Assembly (NCBI GenBank): GCA_966243085.1
Contig: CBIMFD010000001.1
Span: forward strand, 11,710 to 75,709
Reading direction: 5' to 3'
DNA: 64,000 nt
From: an uncultured Shinella sp.
GTDB lineage: Bacteria > Pseudomonadota > Alphaproteobacteria > Rhizobiales > Rhizobiaceae
In this document: piece by piece, positions 20,762 through 30,342 of the stretch
Layout: the number at the start of each line of letters is the position of its first letter
Numbering within the stretch: the stretch's first letter is position 1
Notes under the pieces: generated by a model
The model's database searches: none
Told to the model about the DNA's origin: nothing
Seen by the model: only the letters and a program-made list of their open reading frames with translations
Made by a program: the position numbers and the translations under genes

Positions 20762-21798
20762 CCATGCCTCTGTCCCTTGCCGACCGCGTTGCCGGAAACC
20801 GCCATCGCCGCGCCCGTCGACACCGCCGTCTCATCGGCCTTTTCCTTGCCCTCATCATCGCGGCCTTCGTGCTGACCCTCCTGCTCGGCCAGTCGTTCAC
20901 CCCGCCGCAGGACATCGTTCGCACGCTGATGGGCGAGGACGTGCCGGGCGTCGCCTTCACGGTCGGCCAGCTCCGCCTGCCGCGCGCCCTCCTCGCGGTG
21001 TTGGCCGGTATAAGCTTCGGCCTCGGCGGCGTCGCCTTCCAGATCATGCTGCGCAATCCGCTGGCAAGCCCGGACATCATCGGCATCAGTTGGGGCGCGA
21101 GCGCCGCAGCGGTCTTCGCCATCGTGGTGCTGGGCCTCAAGGGCCCGCCGGTCTCGATCTTTGCCGTTGCCGCCGGCCTCGGCGTGGCGCTCCTCGTCTA
21201 CGGCCTTTCCTTCCGAAACGGCGTTGCAGGCACGCGGCTCATCCTCGTCGGCATCGGCGTTTCGGCGATGCTGGAAAGCGTCATCGCCTATATCCTCTCC
21301 ACCGCGCCGGCCTGGACCCTGCAGGAGGCGCTGCGCTGGCTGACGGGCAGCGTCAACGGCGCGCAACTCGGCGAGACGCTACCGCTTCTGGCGGCCCTTG
21401 CCGTCTTCGGCGGGCTGCTCATTTCCCGCACGCGCGATCTCGAAGCGCTCCGGCTCGGCGACGATACGGCGGCCGCGCTCGGCGTATCGGTCGGGCGCAC
21501 GCGCGTGCTCGTCATCGTCGCGGCCGTCGGCCTCATCGCCAGCGCCACCGCCATTTCCGGGCCGATCGCCTTCGTCGCCTTCCTGTCCGGGCCCATCGCC
21601 GCCCGGATCGTCGGCAACAACGGATCGCTCCTCGTGCCCGCTGCCCTTGTCGGCGCGGTGCTCGTGCTTGCCGGCGATTATTGCGGCCAGTTCCTGCTGC
21701 CGAGCCGCTATCCCGTCGGCGTCGTCACCGGAGCGCTCGGCGCCCCCTACCTCATATTCCTGATCGTGCGGGTCAACCGATCCGGAGGTTCGCTATGA
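20758..21798 (+). CDS. FecCD family iron ABC permease
   Basis: RLPRA, RNPLASPDIIG and PVGVVTGALG. ATGA overlap at 20758. Confidence 0.92.
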   Translation: MTMPLSLADRVAGNRHRRARRHRRLIGLFLALIIAAFVLTLLLGQSFTPPQDIVRTLMGEDVPGVAFTVGQLRLPRALLAVLAGISFGLGGVAFQIMLRNPLASPDIIGISWGASAAAVFAIVVLGLKGPPVSIFAVAAGLGVALLVYGLSFRNGVAGTRLILVGIGVSAMLESVIAYILSTAPAWTLQEALRWLTGSVNGAQLGETLPLLAALAVFGGLLISRTRDLEALRLGDDTAAALGVSVGRTRVLVIVAAVGLIASATAISGPIAFVAFLSGPIAARIVGNNGSLLVPAALVGAVLVLAGDYCGQFLLPSRYPVGVVTGALGAPYLIFLIVRVNRSGGSL

Positions 21799-22628
21799 AA
21801 CCCCATACCCTCATCGCGGACGGGCTTTCGGCCGGCTATGGCGAGGCCGTCGTCCTTGACGGGCTCGACCTTGCCATACCGCCTCGGAAGATCACCGTCA
21901 TCGTCGGCGCCAATGCCTGCGGCAAGTCCACGCTGCTGCGCACGCTCTCGCGGCTTCTCCCGGCGCGCAAGGGCAAGGTGCTCCTCGACGGCAAGTCGAT
22001 CCATCACCTGCCCTCGCGGGAGCTTGCGCGCACGCTGGGCCTGCTTCCCCAGTCGCCCATCGCACCGGAGGGCATCGCCGTCGCCGACCTCGTCAGCCGC
22101 GGGCGACATCCGCATCAGGGCGTCTTCTCGCGCTGGCGGCGCGAGGACGACGAGGCGGTCGCCGCCGCGCTTGCGGCCACGAAGACGGAGGACCTTGCCG
22201 AACGGCCGATCGACGAGCTTTCCGGCGGCCAGCGCCAGCGGGTCTGGATCGCCATGGCGCTCGCCCAACAGACGGACCTCCTGCTGCTCGACGAGCCGAC
22301 CACCTTCCTCGACATCAGTCACCAGATCGAGGTTCTCGACCTTCTCACCGACCTCAACCAGACGCGCGGCACCACCATCGTCATGGTGCTGCACGATCTC
22401 AACCTTGCCGCCCGCTATGCGGACCATCTCGTCGCGATGGCGAACGGACGGCTGCACGTCGCAGGCTCTCCGGAAGCCGTGTTGACGGAAGAGAACGTGC
22501 GGCAGGTCTTCGGCCTTCAAAGCCGTATCGTCACCGACCCGACCTCCGGCCGGCCGACCATGCTGCCCATCGGACGTCACCGCATGATCGCACAGGACCT
22601 GCCAACCGCGAACGAGGATCTCTCATGA
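21795..22628 (+). CDS. Iron-siderophore ABC ATP-binding protein (FepC-like)
   Basis: GANACGKS, LSGGQRQR and VLHDLNLAARY. ATGA overlap at 21795. Confidence 0.92.
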   Translation: MKPHTLIADGLSAGYGEAVVLDGLDLAIPPRKITVIVGANACGKSTLLRTLSRLLPARKGKVLLDGKSIHHLPSRELARTLGLLPQSPIAPEGIAVADLVSRGRHPHQGVFSRWRREDDEAVAAALAATKTEDLAERPIDELSGGQRQRVWIAMALAQQTDLLLLDEPTTFLDISHQIEVLDLLTDLNQTRGTTIVMVLHDLNLAARYADHLVAMANGRLHVAGSPEAVLTEENVRQVFGLQSRIVTDPTSGRPTMLPIGRHRMIAQDLPTANEDLS

Positions 22629-23692
22629 CCGCCGCCCTCACCTTCAAGCTCTCCGGCATCGCGCTGCCGGCAAACGCCGCGACCATGCTCGACGAGGTCT
22701 GCGAGCACTTCGTCGAGCATGCCGAGGTGCAGCGCGACGGCGATGCCGCGGTGCTGAAGAGCGAGGCGGGGACCGCGCATATGCGCATCGATGACGGACG
22801 CCTCCTGATCGATCTCGCCTGCCCGAGCGAGGACGCGCTCCAGATGAGCCGCACGATGCTCGCCGAGCACCTGTTCTACTTCGCCGGGGACGAACCTTTC
22901 GAGCTGTCCTGGTCGCGGCCAGCCGCGCGGGCGCGGCTCGCGAATCTTCACGAAGCGACGGTCGTTTCCGCCGTGGACGTGACGCCGAACATGCGGCGGG
23001 TGATCGTCGCCTGCGCCGACGTCATGCCGTTCATTGGCGGCGACATGCATGTGCGCCTGCTCGTTCCGCCGAAAGGCAGGCCGCCGGTCTGGCCGGGCTT
23101 GCACGACGACGGGCGGATCGCATGGCCGGAGGGCGAGGACGCGCTTCTGGTGCGGGTCTATACGATCCGCGCCGTCGATATCGCTCGCAAGGAACTGTGG
23201 ATCGACTTCCTGCAGCATCCCGCACCGGGCCTTGCGACCCCCGGCGCCGATTTTGCCCGGGATGCCGAGCCGGGAGACAGGATCGCGCTCATCGGCCCCG
23301 GCGGCGGAGATCTGCCGCAGGCGGAAAGAATCCTGCTTGCCGGCGACGAGAGCGCCCTGCCCGCCATCGCCCGCATCGCCGCCGAAGTGCCGGCGGACAC
23401 GCACCTTACCGCGATCATCGAGGTTGCGGACGCGGCGGAAGAGCAGCCGCTGCCTACGGCCGGATCGCTCGAAGTGCGCTGGCTGCACCGCAAGACCTAT
23501 CCATCCGAAGTTCGGAACGTGCTCGCGCAGGCGACCATGGAAGCCATCGAAGCCGTCGACGGCGAAACCTTCGTATGGGCGGCCTGCGAGCGGGAGGACA
23601 TCCGCCTCATCCGCGCCGCCCTGAAGGGCCGCGGGCACGATAGGAAGCGCATGTATGTCGCCTGGTACTGGGAGCGGGGCAGGGAAGCATAG
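22625..23692 (+). CDS. Siderophore-interacting protein (ViuB/SIP) with an N-terminal DUF2218-like extension
   Basis: RVYTIR, GPGG, LAGDESALPAI and C-terminal YW. Confidence 0.88.
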   Translation: MTAALTFKLSGIALPANAATMLDEVCEHFVEHAEVQRDGDAAVLKSEAGTAHMRIDDGRLLIDLACPSEDALQMSRTMLAEHLFYFAGDEPFELSWSRPAARARLANLHEATVVSAVDVTPNMRRVIVACADVMPFIGGDMHVRLLVPPKGRPPVWPGLHDDGRIAWPEGEDALLVRVYTIRAVDIARKELWIDFLQHPAPGLATPGADFARDAEPGDRIALIGPGGGDLPQAERILLAGDESALPAIARIAAEVPADTHLTAIIEVADAAEEQPLPTAGSLEVRWLHRKTYPSEVRNVLAQATMEAIEAVDGETFVWAACEREDIRLIRAALKGRGHDRKRMYVAWYWERGREA

Positions 23693-23789
23693 ACCTGGCC
23701 TCCGCACGGCCTCGTTCTCCCCCGGTTTGCACTTGCGGCATGCGCCGTTAGACTGGAAGCCGCACGGGAAACGACGGACCGGAGACCTC

Positions 23790-24257
23790 ATGATCAGACA
23801 TTTCGCGGCGGCCGCCCTCGTTCTTTCCGGTTTTGCAGCTCGCGCGGCCGAGCCCGACTATTATGACGACAGGTCGGATGCGGCCTCGCTCATAAAGTCG
23901 CTCTACAATGCCATCGACCGCAAGGAATATGCCCGGGCCTGGGATTATTTCGGTGGAGCGAAGCCGACGACCGATTTTCAAGCTTTCGCACTCGGCTATG
24001 CCACAACCGACAGCGTCGATGTGATTACGGGTGCCGCAAGCGCGGAAGGAGCGGCAGGCAGCGTCTATTTCCGGGTTGCCGTTGCCATCCGTGCGCACCA
24101 TGCCGGCGGAAAGACGGAGACTTTCGCCGGCTGTTACACGGTGCGCAAGGTGAATGCGGCGATACAGGAGCCTCCCTTCCGGCCCTTGCAGATCGACAAG
24201 GGGGAACTGAAAGCGGTAAACGGCTCGCTTGAAGAAGCGCTGCCGGCCCAATGCTGA
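23790..24257 (+). CDS. Hypothetical exported protein
   Basis: SD GGAGA, signal peptide MIRHFAAAALVLSGFAARAA, two Cys (FAGCY and C-terminal QC). Confidence 0.75.
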   Translation: MIRHFAAAALVLSGFAARAAEPDYYDDRSDAASLIKSLYNAIDRKEYARAWDYFGGAKPTTDFQAFALGYATTDSVDVITGAASAEGAAGSVYFRVAVAIRAHHAGGKTETFAGCYTVRKVNAAIQEPPFRPLQIDKGELKAVNGSLEEALPAQC

Positions 24258-24291
24258 AACGCGCACCGCCTTGAGTGCGTGCCCCGGGTCG

Positions 24292-24912
24292 CTACGACCG
24301 CGGAACCCAATACCAGTCGCTCTTGACGATGTCGCAGACGCGGCTATCAAGCAGCTTTTTCCAGGTCGCGAATTCCCCGTGCGCGGCGTTGGACACGTCC
24401 TCGCCGTGCTTGACGTTCTGGCTCACCTGCATCGTGTAGAGACCGTAACACCAGGACAGAATGACGCCGCCCGACTTCAGGTAGGTCAGGATCTTCCCCC
24501 GCAACGAAGCGGCCGTCCGGAATTCATCATCGCGAACGTCGATGACCGTGATCCGCGGATTGGGTCCGTTGATCTTCGAGGCGTTCTTTCGGTCCTCCTG
24601 AGGATCGACCTCATCGCCGCCCATCGACTCCTCCTTGCGGCGCAGCCAGCCGCTGCTGTCGATCGGATTGATGACGTTGCCGTGGCGCCCCGCAAGGACC
24701 GTTAGTTTATCTTTCGCGCATACCTTTGTCGCGATGTAGTTCCAGCTATCCGGACCGGAAATGGTCAGGGACACGAACAGGTTTCCGATGCGGACGTAAG
24801 GCGGCGTGTCCCAGTCCACCGCCACGCTGTCGTACATGGCGGAAACGGAAGGAATGTTGAAAATTTCGCAGATGGTCTCTGTCGATGAGGCGTCAATGAT
24901 GTCACGCGCCAT
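24292..24912 (-). CDS. Hypothetical protein, Tox-HDC-like (His/Asp/Cys peptidase-fold) candidate
   Basis: 206-aa ORF with SD GGGGGAGGGG and normal protein composition. Motifs TVLAGRHG...ED...ITVIDV...VILSWCY. Confidence 0.7.
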   Translation of the reverse strand: MARDIIDASSTETICEIFNIPSVSAMYDSVAVDWDTPPYVRIGNLFVSLTISGPDSWNYIATKVCAKDKLTVLAGRHGNVINPIDSSGWLRRKEESMGGDEVDPQEDRKNASKINGPNPRITVIDVRDDEFRTAASLRGKILTYLKSGGVILSWCYGLYTMQVSQNVKHGEDVSNAAHGEFATWKKLLDSRVCDIVKSDWYWVPRS

Positions 24913-25099
24913 TCTATCCCCTCCCCCGATAATGAGAACTGGATCGGCGCAGCCACAGCTTTCTTCAATCGAGCTGCTCGGACGCTATAACGGTGCGGCG
25001 GCATCGCCATCCTCAAGACAGCTAATACGCCACTCGGCTGCGGCGCGCCAGTGAAATGATCGCGAACGCCGCCGGCGATGCGTCCGGCGACGGCAAACT

Positions 25100-25888
25100 T
25101 CACGATCGTCCGGGCGTCGTCTTCCCGACCAGCCTTTTCATCCACCCGAGCCCGTCCAATGTGGACGCCGAGGGTTTATACTCGGCTCCGATCGGCCGAT
25201 CCCATCCGAGACGTTCGAGTTCGTGGAACACGAAGCGATAGTCGACCTCCCCTGTGTCCGGTTCGTTGCGATGGGGGACGCTCGCTATCTGGATATGGCC
25301 GATAATAGGGAGATACCGTGCGAGCCGCGTCGTCAGATCGCCGCTTTCCCGCTGAACATGGTAGCAATCGAACATCAGCTTCAGCGAGCCGAACCCGGAG
25401 CGCGCGATGATCGCGTCGGCCTGCTCGACCGTTTGCAGAAAATATCCGGGCCGGTCGCGGCTGTTGAGCGGTTCGATCAGCAATTGGACGCCGGCCCGGC
25501 CGGCCTTTTCGATCGCGTATTCCAGGTTCTCCAGATAGGCAGCCTGCGCATCGGCAAACGGCACCGCTCCGACGAGACCGGCCATGACATGAACCGCCGA
25601 CCCCAGGCGCCCGGCATAGTCGAGCGCCTGGTCGAGGCTGCTTGCGAAATCTCCTTGACGTGCCGGAAGTGCGGCAAGGCCCCATTCGCCCGCCTCACCC
25701 GGAGCGCTGTTGATCCCCACCAGCTTCAGACCGTTTTCGTTCAAAGCCCTTTCGACCGTCGCGACGGCGTAGTCATAGGGAAACCAGCATTCGACGAATT
25801 CAAAACCGGCCTTCCTCGCCGCGGCGAACCGCTCCAGGAACGGCAGTTCCAGGAACATGATCGAAAGGTTGGCGGAAAAAACCGGCAT
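25100..25888 (-). CDS. otnI: 2-oxo-tetronate isomerase (hydroxypyruvate isomerase family)
   Basis: FSANLS, IEPLNSRDRPGY, FDCYHVQ and IGAEYKP, in the ltnD/otnK/otnC context. Confidence 0.85.
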   Translation of the reverse strand: MPVFSANLSIMFLELPFLERFAAARKAGFEFVECWFPYDYAVATVERALNENGLKLVGINSAPGEAGEWGLAALPARQGDFASSLDQALDYAGRLGSAVHVMAGLVGAVPFADAQAAYLENLEYAIEKAGRAGVQLLIEPLNSRDRPGYFLQTVEQADAIIARSGFGSLKLMFDCYHVQRESGDLTTRLARYLPIIGHIQIASVPHRNEPDTGEVDYRFVFHELERLGWDRPIGAEYKPSASTLDGLGWMKRLVGKTTPGRS

Positions 25889-25953
25889 GATTTATCTCTT
25901 TCTGTCGTGAACGCCGCCCCATCCGGCCGGGACGGTTCAGCCCGGATGGATGG

Positions 25954-26868
25954 TTATCGATCGTCCGGCATGCCCGGAAGGGTGAGGCCGGCTATGCCCG
26001 CCAGCAGGCGCGCGACGGAACTGTCGTCGTCGCGCCCCATGCCCGCCGCCTCCGTCATGACGAAGAGTTGCAGCGCGGCGCTGGTGACCGGTAGAGGGAA
26101 TTTCTGCCTTCGGCCGATATCCGAAACGATGCCGAGATCCTTGGTGAAGATCGAGACGGCGCTGTGCGGTGTGTAGTCCCCGCTCAGCACATGGGGAATC
26201 CGGTTCTCGAACATCCAGCTATTGCCCGCCGAATGGGTGATCACGTCGAAGACGCGGGAGATGTCGAGATCGAGGCTCTTGGCGAAGGTGATCGCCTCGC
26301 AGGCGGCCGCGATATGGACGCCGGCGAGCAACTGGTTGACCACCTTGAAGGACGAGCCGATGCCCGGACGGTCACCAAGCTCGTAGACGGTCGCCGCCAT
26401 CGCGTCGAGCGCAGGGCGGGCGGCGGTGAAGGCCGCCGGCGAGCCGGAGGCCATGAAGGTCAGTTCGCCCGCGTTCGCCTTTCTGGCGCCGCCGCTGATC
26501 GGCCCGTCCAGATAGAGAAGCCCATGCCCCTCGATCCGCGCGGCGAAATCCTTGGCCTCCGATGGGGCGACGGTGGCGCAGGAGACAACAACCGCGCCGC
26601 GCCGCAGACGAGCGGCGATACCATCCTCGCCGAAGAGCACGCTTTCGGTCTGCGCCGCATTGACGACGACGAGCACCGCGATGTCCGCAGCCGCAACCGC
26701 ATCGCCGGGGCTCCTGGCCACGGCCCCGCCCGCCTCCTCAAGGGCGACGAGCGCTTCGGGGTTGATATCGTAGCCGGTGACCCCGTGCCCCGCCTTCAGA
26801 GCCGAACGCGCCATGCCGAGCCCCATGGAGCCGAGGCCGATGACTGCGATTGCGGACGGATGCGACAT
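25954..26868 (-). CDS. ltnD: L-threonate dehydrogenase
   Basis: GLGSMGLGMA, KVVNQLLAGVHIAAA, SAGNSWMFENR and IFTKDLG. Confidence 0.88.
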   Translation of the reverse strand: MSHPSAIAVIGLGSMGLGMARSALKAGHGVTGYDINPEALVALEEAGGAVARSPGDAVAAADIAVLVVVNAAQTESVLFGEDGIAARLRRGAVVVSCATVAPSEAKDFAARIEGHGLLYLDGPISGGARKANAGELTFMASGSPAAFTAARPALDAMAATVYELGDRPGIGSSFKVVNQLLAGVHIAAACEAITFAKSLDLDISRVFDVITHSAGNSWMFENRIPHVLSGDYTPHSAVSIFTKDLGIVSDIGRRQKFPLPVTSAALQLFVMTEAAGMGRDDDSSVARLLAGIAGLTLPGMPDDR

Positions 26869-26896
26869 GGACAGGTTCCTTCGAGTGATCGCGCGC

Positions 26897-26968
26897 TTAT
26901 CTCAGCGCTAACATTTCTAACCACAGACACTAGGCAGGCTCAAGAAAAATATGTTAGCGCTGAGATAA
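26897..26968. promoter_or_regulatory. Pair of LacI-family operators in inverted orientation
   Basis: TTATCTCAGCGCTAACAT (26897-26914) and its exact reverse complement ATGTTAGCGCTGAGATAA (26951-26968), each with a central AGCGCT. Confidence 0.75.
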
Positions 26969-26991
26969 TCGCTTTCTGGCCCGGAAGAACC

Positions 26992-27993
26992 ATGAAACCC
27001 TCGGTCCCGACATTGTCGCACGTCGCTCGCCTGGCCGGTGTCAGCGAGAACACGGTTTCGCGCGTCATTCGCAGCAAGGGACCGATCGCACAGGAAACCC
27101 GCGAGCGGGTGAAGGCCGCCATCCAGGAGCTCGGCTATGTGCCCAACCGGGCGGCCGGTTCGCTCGCCTCGTCCTCCTCGCTGATCATCGGGGTCATCCT
27201 GCCGTCCCTTTCCAACATCGTTTTTCCGGAGGTGCTGCGCGGCATCCATGCCGGGCTGGCTGGCACGCCCTATCAGCCGATGATCGGTGTCACGAACTAC
27301 GATCTCGACAAGGAGCAGCAGATCATCGCCTCGCTCCTCGCCTGGCAGCCGGCGGCGCTGATCACCACCGGCTTCGACCATACGGACACGGCACGGCGGA
27401 TGCTGGAGGACAGCCGCATTCGGGTCGGAGAACTTATGGACATCGACCGGCGGCCGATCGATCTCGCCGTGGGCCTGTCGCACCAGGCCGCCGGGCGGCA
27501 GACCGCAGCGCATCTCGTCGGGCGCGGCTATGCCAGGATCGCCTATGTCGGCCACGACTGGCTTGCCGACCGTCGTGCCTTCGCCCGCCACGAAGGCCTG
27601 TGCGAGGGACTGGCGGCGGCCGGCCTCTCCCTCGTCGCCGAACAGCATCACGCGGGGCCGAGCTCGACTCTTGCAGGGCGGGACACGCTCTGCGCGCTGC
27701 TGAAGGACGGGGCGGCCGTCGATGCGGTCGTCTTCTCCAACGACGACATGGCCGTCGGCGGCTTCCTGCATTGTCTTGCGGCAGGCGTGGCAGTACCGGA
27801 ACGGCTGGCCCTTTTCGGCTTCAACGGCCTGGAGATCGGTCAGGCGCTCCCGACACCCCTCTCCACCATCCGGTCCAACCGGTTCAACATCGGCCGGACG
27901 GCGGTGGAGACCCTCCTCGCCAGTCCGGAACGGCCATCCGAACCGCAGGCCATCGACACCGGTTTTTCCATCATCGAGGGCGCCACGGCATGA
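26992..27993 (+). CDS. LacI family transcriptional regulator
   Basis: PTLSHVARLAGVSENTVSRV, LGYVPNRAA and FSNDDMAVG. Confidence 0.92.
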   Translation: MKPSVPTLSHVARLAGVSENTVSRVIRSKGPIAQETRERVKAAIQELGYVPNRAAGSLASSSSLIIGVILPSLSNIVFPEVLRGIHAGLAGTPYQPMIGVTNYDLDKEQQIIASLLAWQPAALITTGFDHTDTARRMLEDSRIRVGELMDIDRRPIDLAVGLSHQAAGRQTAAHLVGRGYARIAYVGHDWLADRRAFARHEGLCEGLAAAGLSLVAEQHHAGPSSTLAGRDTLCALLKDGAAVDAVVFSNDDMAVGGFLHCLAAGVAVPERLALFGFNGLEIGQALPTPLSTIRSNRFNIGRTAVETLLASPERPSEPQAIDTGFSIIEGATA

Positions 27994-28021
27994 GCCGGCG
28001 CCATCCAGTCGGGAGAATACA

Positions 28022-29287
28022 ATGCTACTGGGCGCGATAGCCGACGATCTCACCGGGGCGACGGACCTCTCGCTGATGCTTTCGCGAGGGGGAATGCGCA
28101 CCGTCCAGACGATCGGCCTGCCTCCGCCGGGCTTCGCGGTCGGCAATGCCGACGCCGTGGTGGTGGCGCTGAAATCCCGCACCAATCCGGCAGACGAGGC
28201 CAAGGCCATGTCGCTTGCAGCCCTTGGCTGGCTCGAAGCCGCCGGAGCACGGCAAATCCTGTTCAAATATTGCTCCACATTCGATTCGACGCCCGAGGGC
28301 AATATCGGCCCGGTCACGGAGGCGCTGATGGATGCGCTCGGCACGGACCTCACCATCGTCTGTCCTGCCTTTCCGGCGAACGGACGGACGGTTTTCAAGG
28401 GCCACCTCTTCGTCGGCGACCAGTTGCTGAGCGACAGTCCCATGCGCGACCATCCGCTGACGCCGATGGCCGACGCCTCGCTCGTGCGCCTCATGCGGGA
28501 GCAATCCGCCCTGACGGTCGGGCTCGTCCCGCAGCAGATCGTCGCCCGCGGTCCGGCCGCAATCGGCGAGGCTTTCGCCAAGGCCCGGCAGAACGGCGAG
28601 CAGGTCCTCGTCGTCGATGCGATCTCCGACAGCGACCTTCGCGTGATCGGCGAAGCCTGTGCCGGCCTCCGGCTGATTACCGGCGGCTCCGGCATCGCCA
28701 TTGGCCTGCCCGACAATTTCCGCCGCGCAGGGCTCATGCCGGAGCATTGCGAGGCTGCGCCGTTCGGCGCTCCCCAGGGACGCGCGGCTATCCTCGCCGG
28801 CTCGTGCTCGCAGGCGACGCGCGGCCAGATCCGGGCGGCGATCGCGGCCGGCATGCCGGCCATGCGGCTCGACCCGCTGGCGATCGCCGAAGGCCGCCTG
28901 ACCGTCGGACAGGCGCTCGACTGGGCCGTGCCCTTCGCGGATGCCTCGCCACTGTTCTATTCCAGCGCCGGCCCGGAGGAGGTGCAGGCCGCGCAGCAAC
29001 GGCTCGGCCGGGCCCGCGCCGGCGAGATGGTCGAGCAATTCCTCGCGCAGATCGCGACGGGGCTCAGGGCGCGCGGCTTCCGCCGCCTGATCGTCGCGGG
29101 CGGCGAGACGTCCGGCGCGGTCGTCGGCGCGCTTGCCCCGCCCGCCCTGCTCATTGGGCCGGAAATCGATCCCGGCGTTCCCTGGACGCTTACCGTCGGA
29201 ATGGAGGAGCCCATGGCGCTCGCGCTTAAATCCGGCAATTTCGGTGCGCCGGACTTCTTCCTCAAAGCCTGGGCGTTGCTGCGATGA
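28022..29287 (+). CDS. otnK: 3-oxo-tetronate kinase (DUF1537 family)
   Basis: GAIADDLTGATD, FKYCSTFDST, AGGETSG and LKSGNFG. Confidence 0.92.
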   Translation: MLLGAIADDLTGATDLSLMLSRGGMRTVQTIGLPPPGFAVGNADAVVVALKSRTNPADEAKAMSLAALGWLEAAGARQILFKYCSTFDSTPEGNIGPVTEALMDALGTDLTIVCPAFPANGRTVFKGHLFVGDQLLSDSPMRDHPLTPMADASLVRLMREQSALTVGLVPQQIVARGPAAIGEAFAKARQNGEQVLVVDAISDSDLRVIGEACAGLRLITGGSGIAIGLPDNFRRAGLMPEHCEAAPFGAPQGRAAILAGSCSQATRGQIRAAIAAGMPAMRLDPLAIAEGRLTVGQALDWAVPFADASPLFYSSAGPEEVQAAQQRLGRARAGEMVEQFLAQIATGLRARGFRRLIVAGGETSGAVVGALAPPALLIGPEIDPGVPWTLTVGMEEPMALALKSGNFGAPDFFLKAWALLR

Positions 29288-29931
29288 CGGGCGTGCTCTC
29301 CGAAGAGACCCGGATGCGCGACGAGATCGCCGCGGTCGGGAAATCGCTGTTCGACCGCTGCTTCACCTTCGGCTCGACGGGCAATATCAGCGCCCGGCTG
29401 TCGAACGGCGATCTGCTGATGTCTCCCACGAACGCCTCGCTGGGAGCGCTCGACCCTGCACGGCTCTCGCGCTTCACGGCGGAAGGCGTGCATGTGGCCG
29501 GCGACAAGCCGACCAAGGAAGCGTTCCTGCATCGCTGCATGTACTGCGAGCGCAAGGGGGCGGGCGCCGTGGTCCATCTGCACTCCACGCATGCGGTCGC
29601 CGTCAGCATCATCGACGGCCTCGACGCCGACGACCTGCTGCCACCGCTCACTGCCTATTACGCCATGCGCGTCGGGCGACTTCCGATGGTGCCCTACTAT
29701 CCGCCGGGCGATATGGCGCTCGCCGAAGCCGTGCGCGAGAAGGCGCGCGACAATCATGCCGTTCTCCTCGCCAACCACGGCCCGGTGGTGGCCGGCGCGA
29801 CGCTGCGCGAGGCGCAATACGCGACCGAGGAACTGGAGGAGACCGCCAAGCTCTTCCTCCTCCTGCGCAACGAAAGGATCCGCCCGCTGACCGAGGCGCA
29901 GCGGGCAGGCCTGATGAAGGACAAGGGCTGA
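29284..29931 (+). CDS. otnC: 3-oxo-tetronate 4-phosphate decarboxylase (class II aldolase family)
   Basis: GSTGNIS, PTKE, VVHLHSTH, LANHG and EELEETAKL. Confidence 0.88.
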   Translation: MTGVLSEETRMRDEIAAVGKSLFDRCFTFGSTGNISARLSNGDLLMSPTNASLGALDPARLSRFTAEGVHVAGDKPTKEAFLHRCMYCERKGAGAVVHLHSTHAVAVSIIDGLDADDLLPPLTAYYAMRVGRLPMVPYYPPGDMALAEAVREKARDNHAVLLANHGPVVAGATLREAQYATEELEETAKLFLLLRNERIRPLTEAQRAGLMKDKG

Positions 29932-30013
29932 GAAGGGCGACTGGCAGATGCGCCGGTTGAGGCTCGGCGCAGAAGTCGGCCAGCCGTCCAGGAAAACCGT
30001 TTCCTCGACCCGG

Positions 30014-30043
30014 CTTGACAGAGCTTCGTATCCGATCCTATCT
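30014..30043 (+). promoter_or_regulatory. Sigma70 promoter for the riboswitch leader
   Basis: CTTGACA-N17-CTATCT immediately before the riboswitch, matching the rhizobial consensus CTTGAC..CTATAT. Confidence 0.65.
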
Positions 30044-30044
30044 G

Positions 30045-30232
30045 GAGCGGATGGTTCCCCGACGCCAAGCCGAGGGGATTAATAGGGAACACGGTGAGGA
30101 CGACCCGAACGGGGCCGAGACCGTGGCTGCCCCCGCAACTGTAAGCGGTGAGGCCTTGTCATACACGCCACTGGTCACCGACCGGGAAGGCAGACAAGTC
30201 CTTCGACCCGCAAGCCAGGAGACCTGCCGTCA
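30045..30232 (+). ncRNA. Cobalamin (B12) riboswitch
   Basis: GGT...AATAGGGAA...CGGTG...GCTGCCCCCGCAACTGT...GCCACTG...GGGAAGG...AGCCAGGAGACCTGCC (B12 box). Confidence 0.93.
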
Positions 30233-30342
30233 TCTGACACAGCAACCGGACGGGGTGTGCCGGGAAGCGTTGTGACGCCTTTCCGTATCCTCGTGCGGCG
30301 GCCGATCATCCTTCATCAAGCCCCGGCCTGCCGAAGGATGAC

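Noticed and set aside
23790-24912. Toxin-immunity pair
   Set aside because: The genes are convergent and the partner is exported while the toxin-like ORF has no signal peptide. There is no support beyond adjacency.
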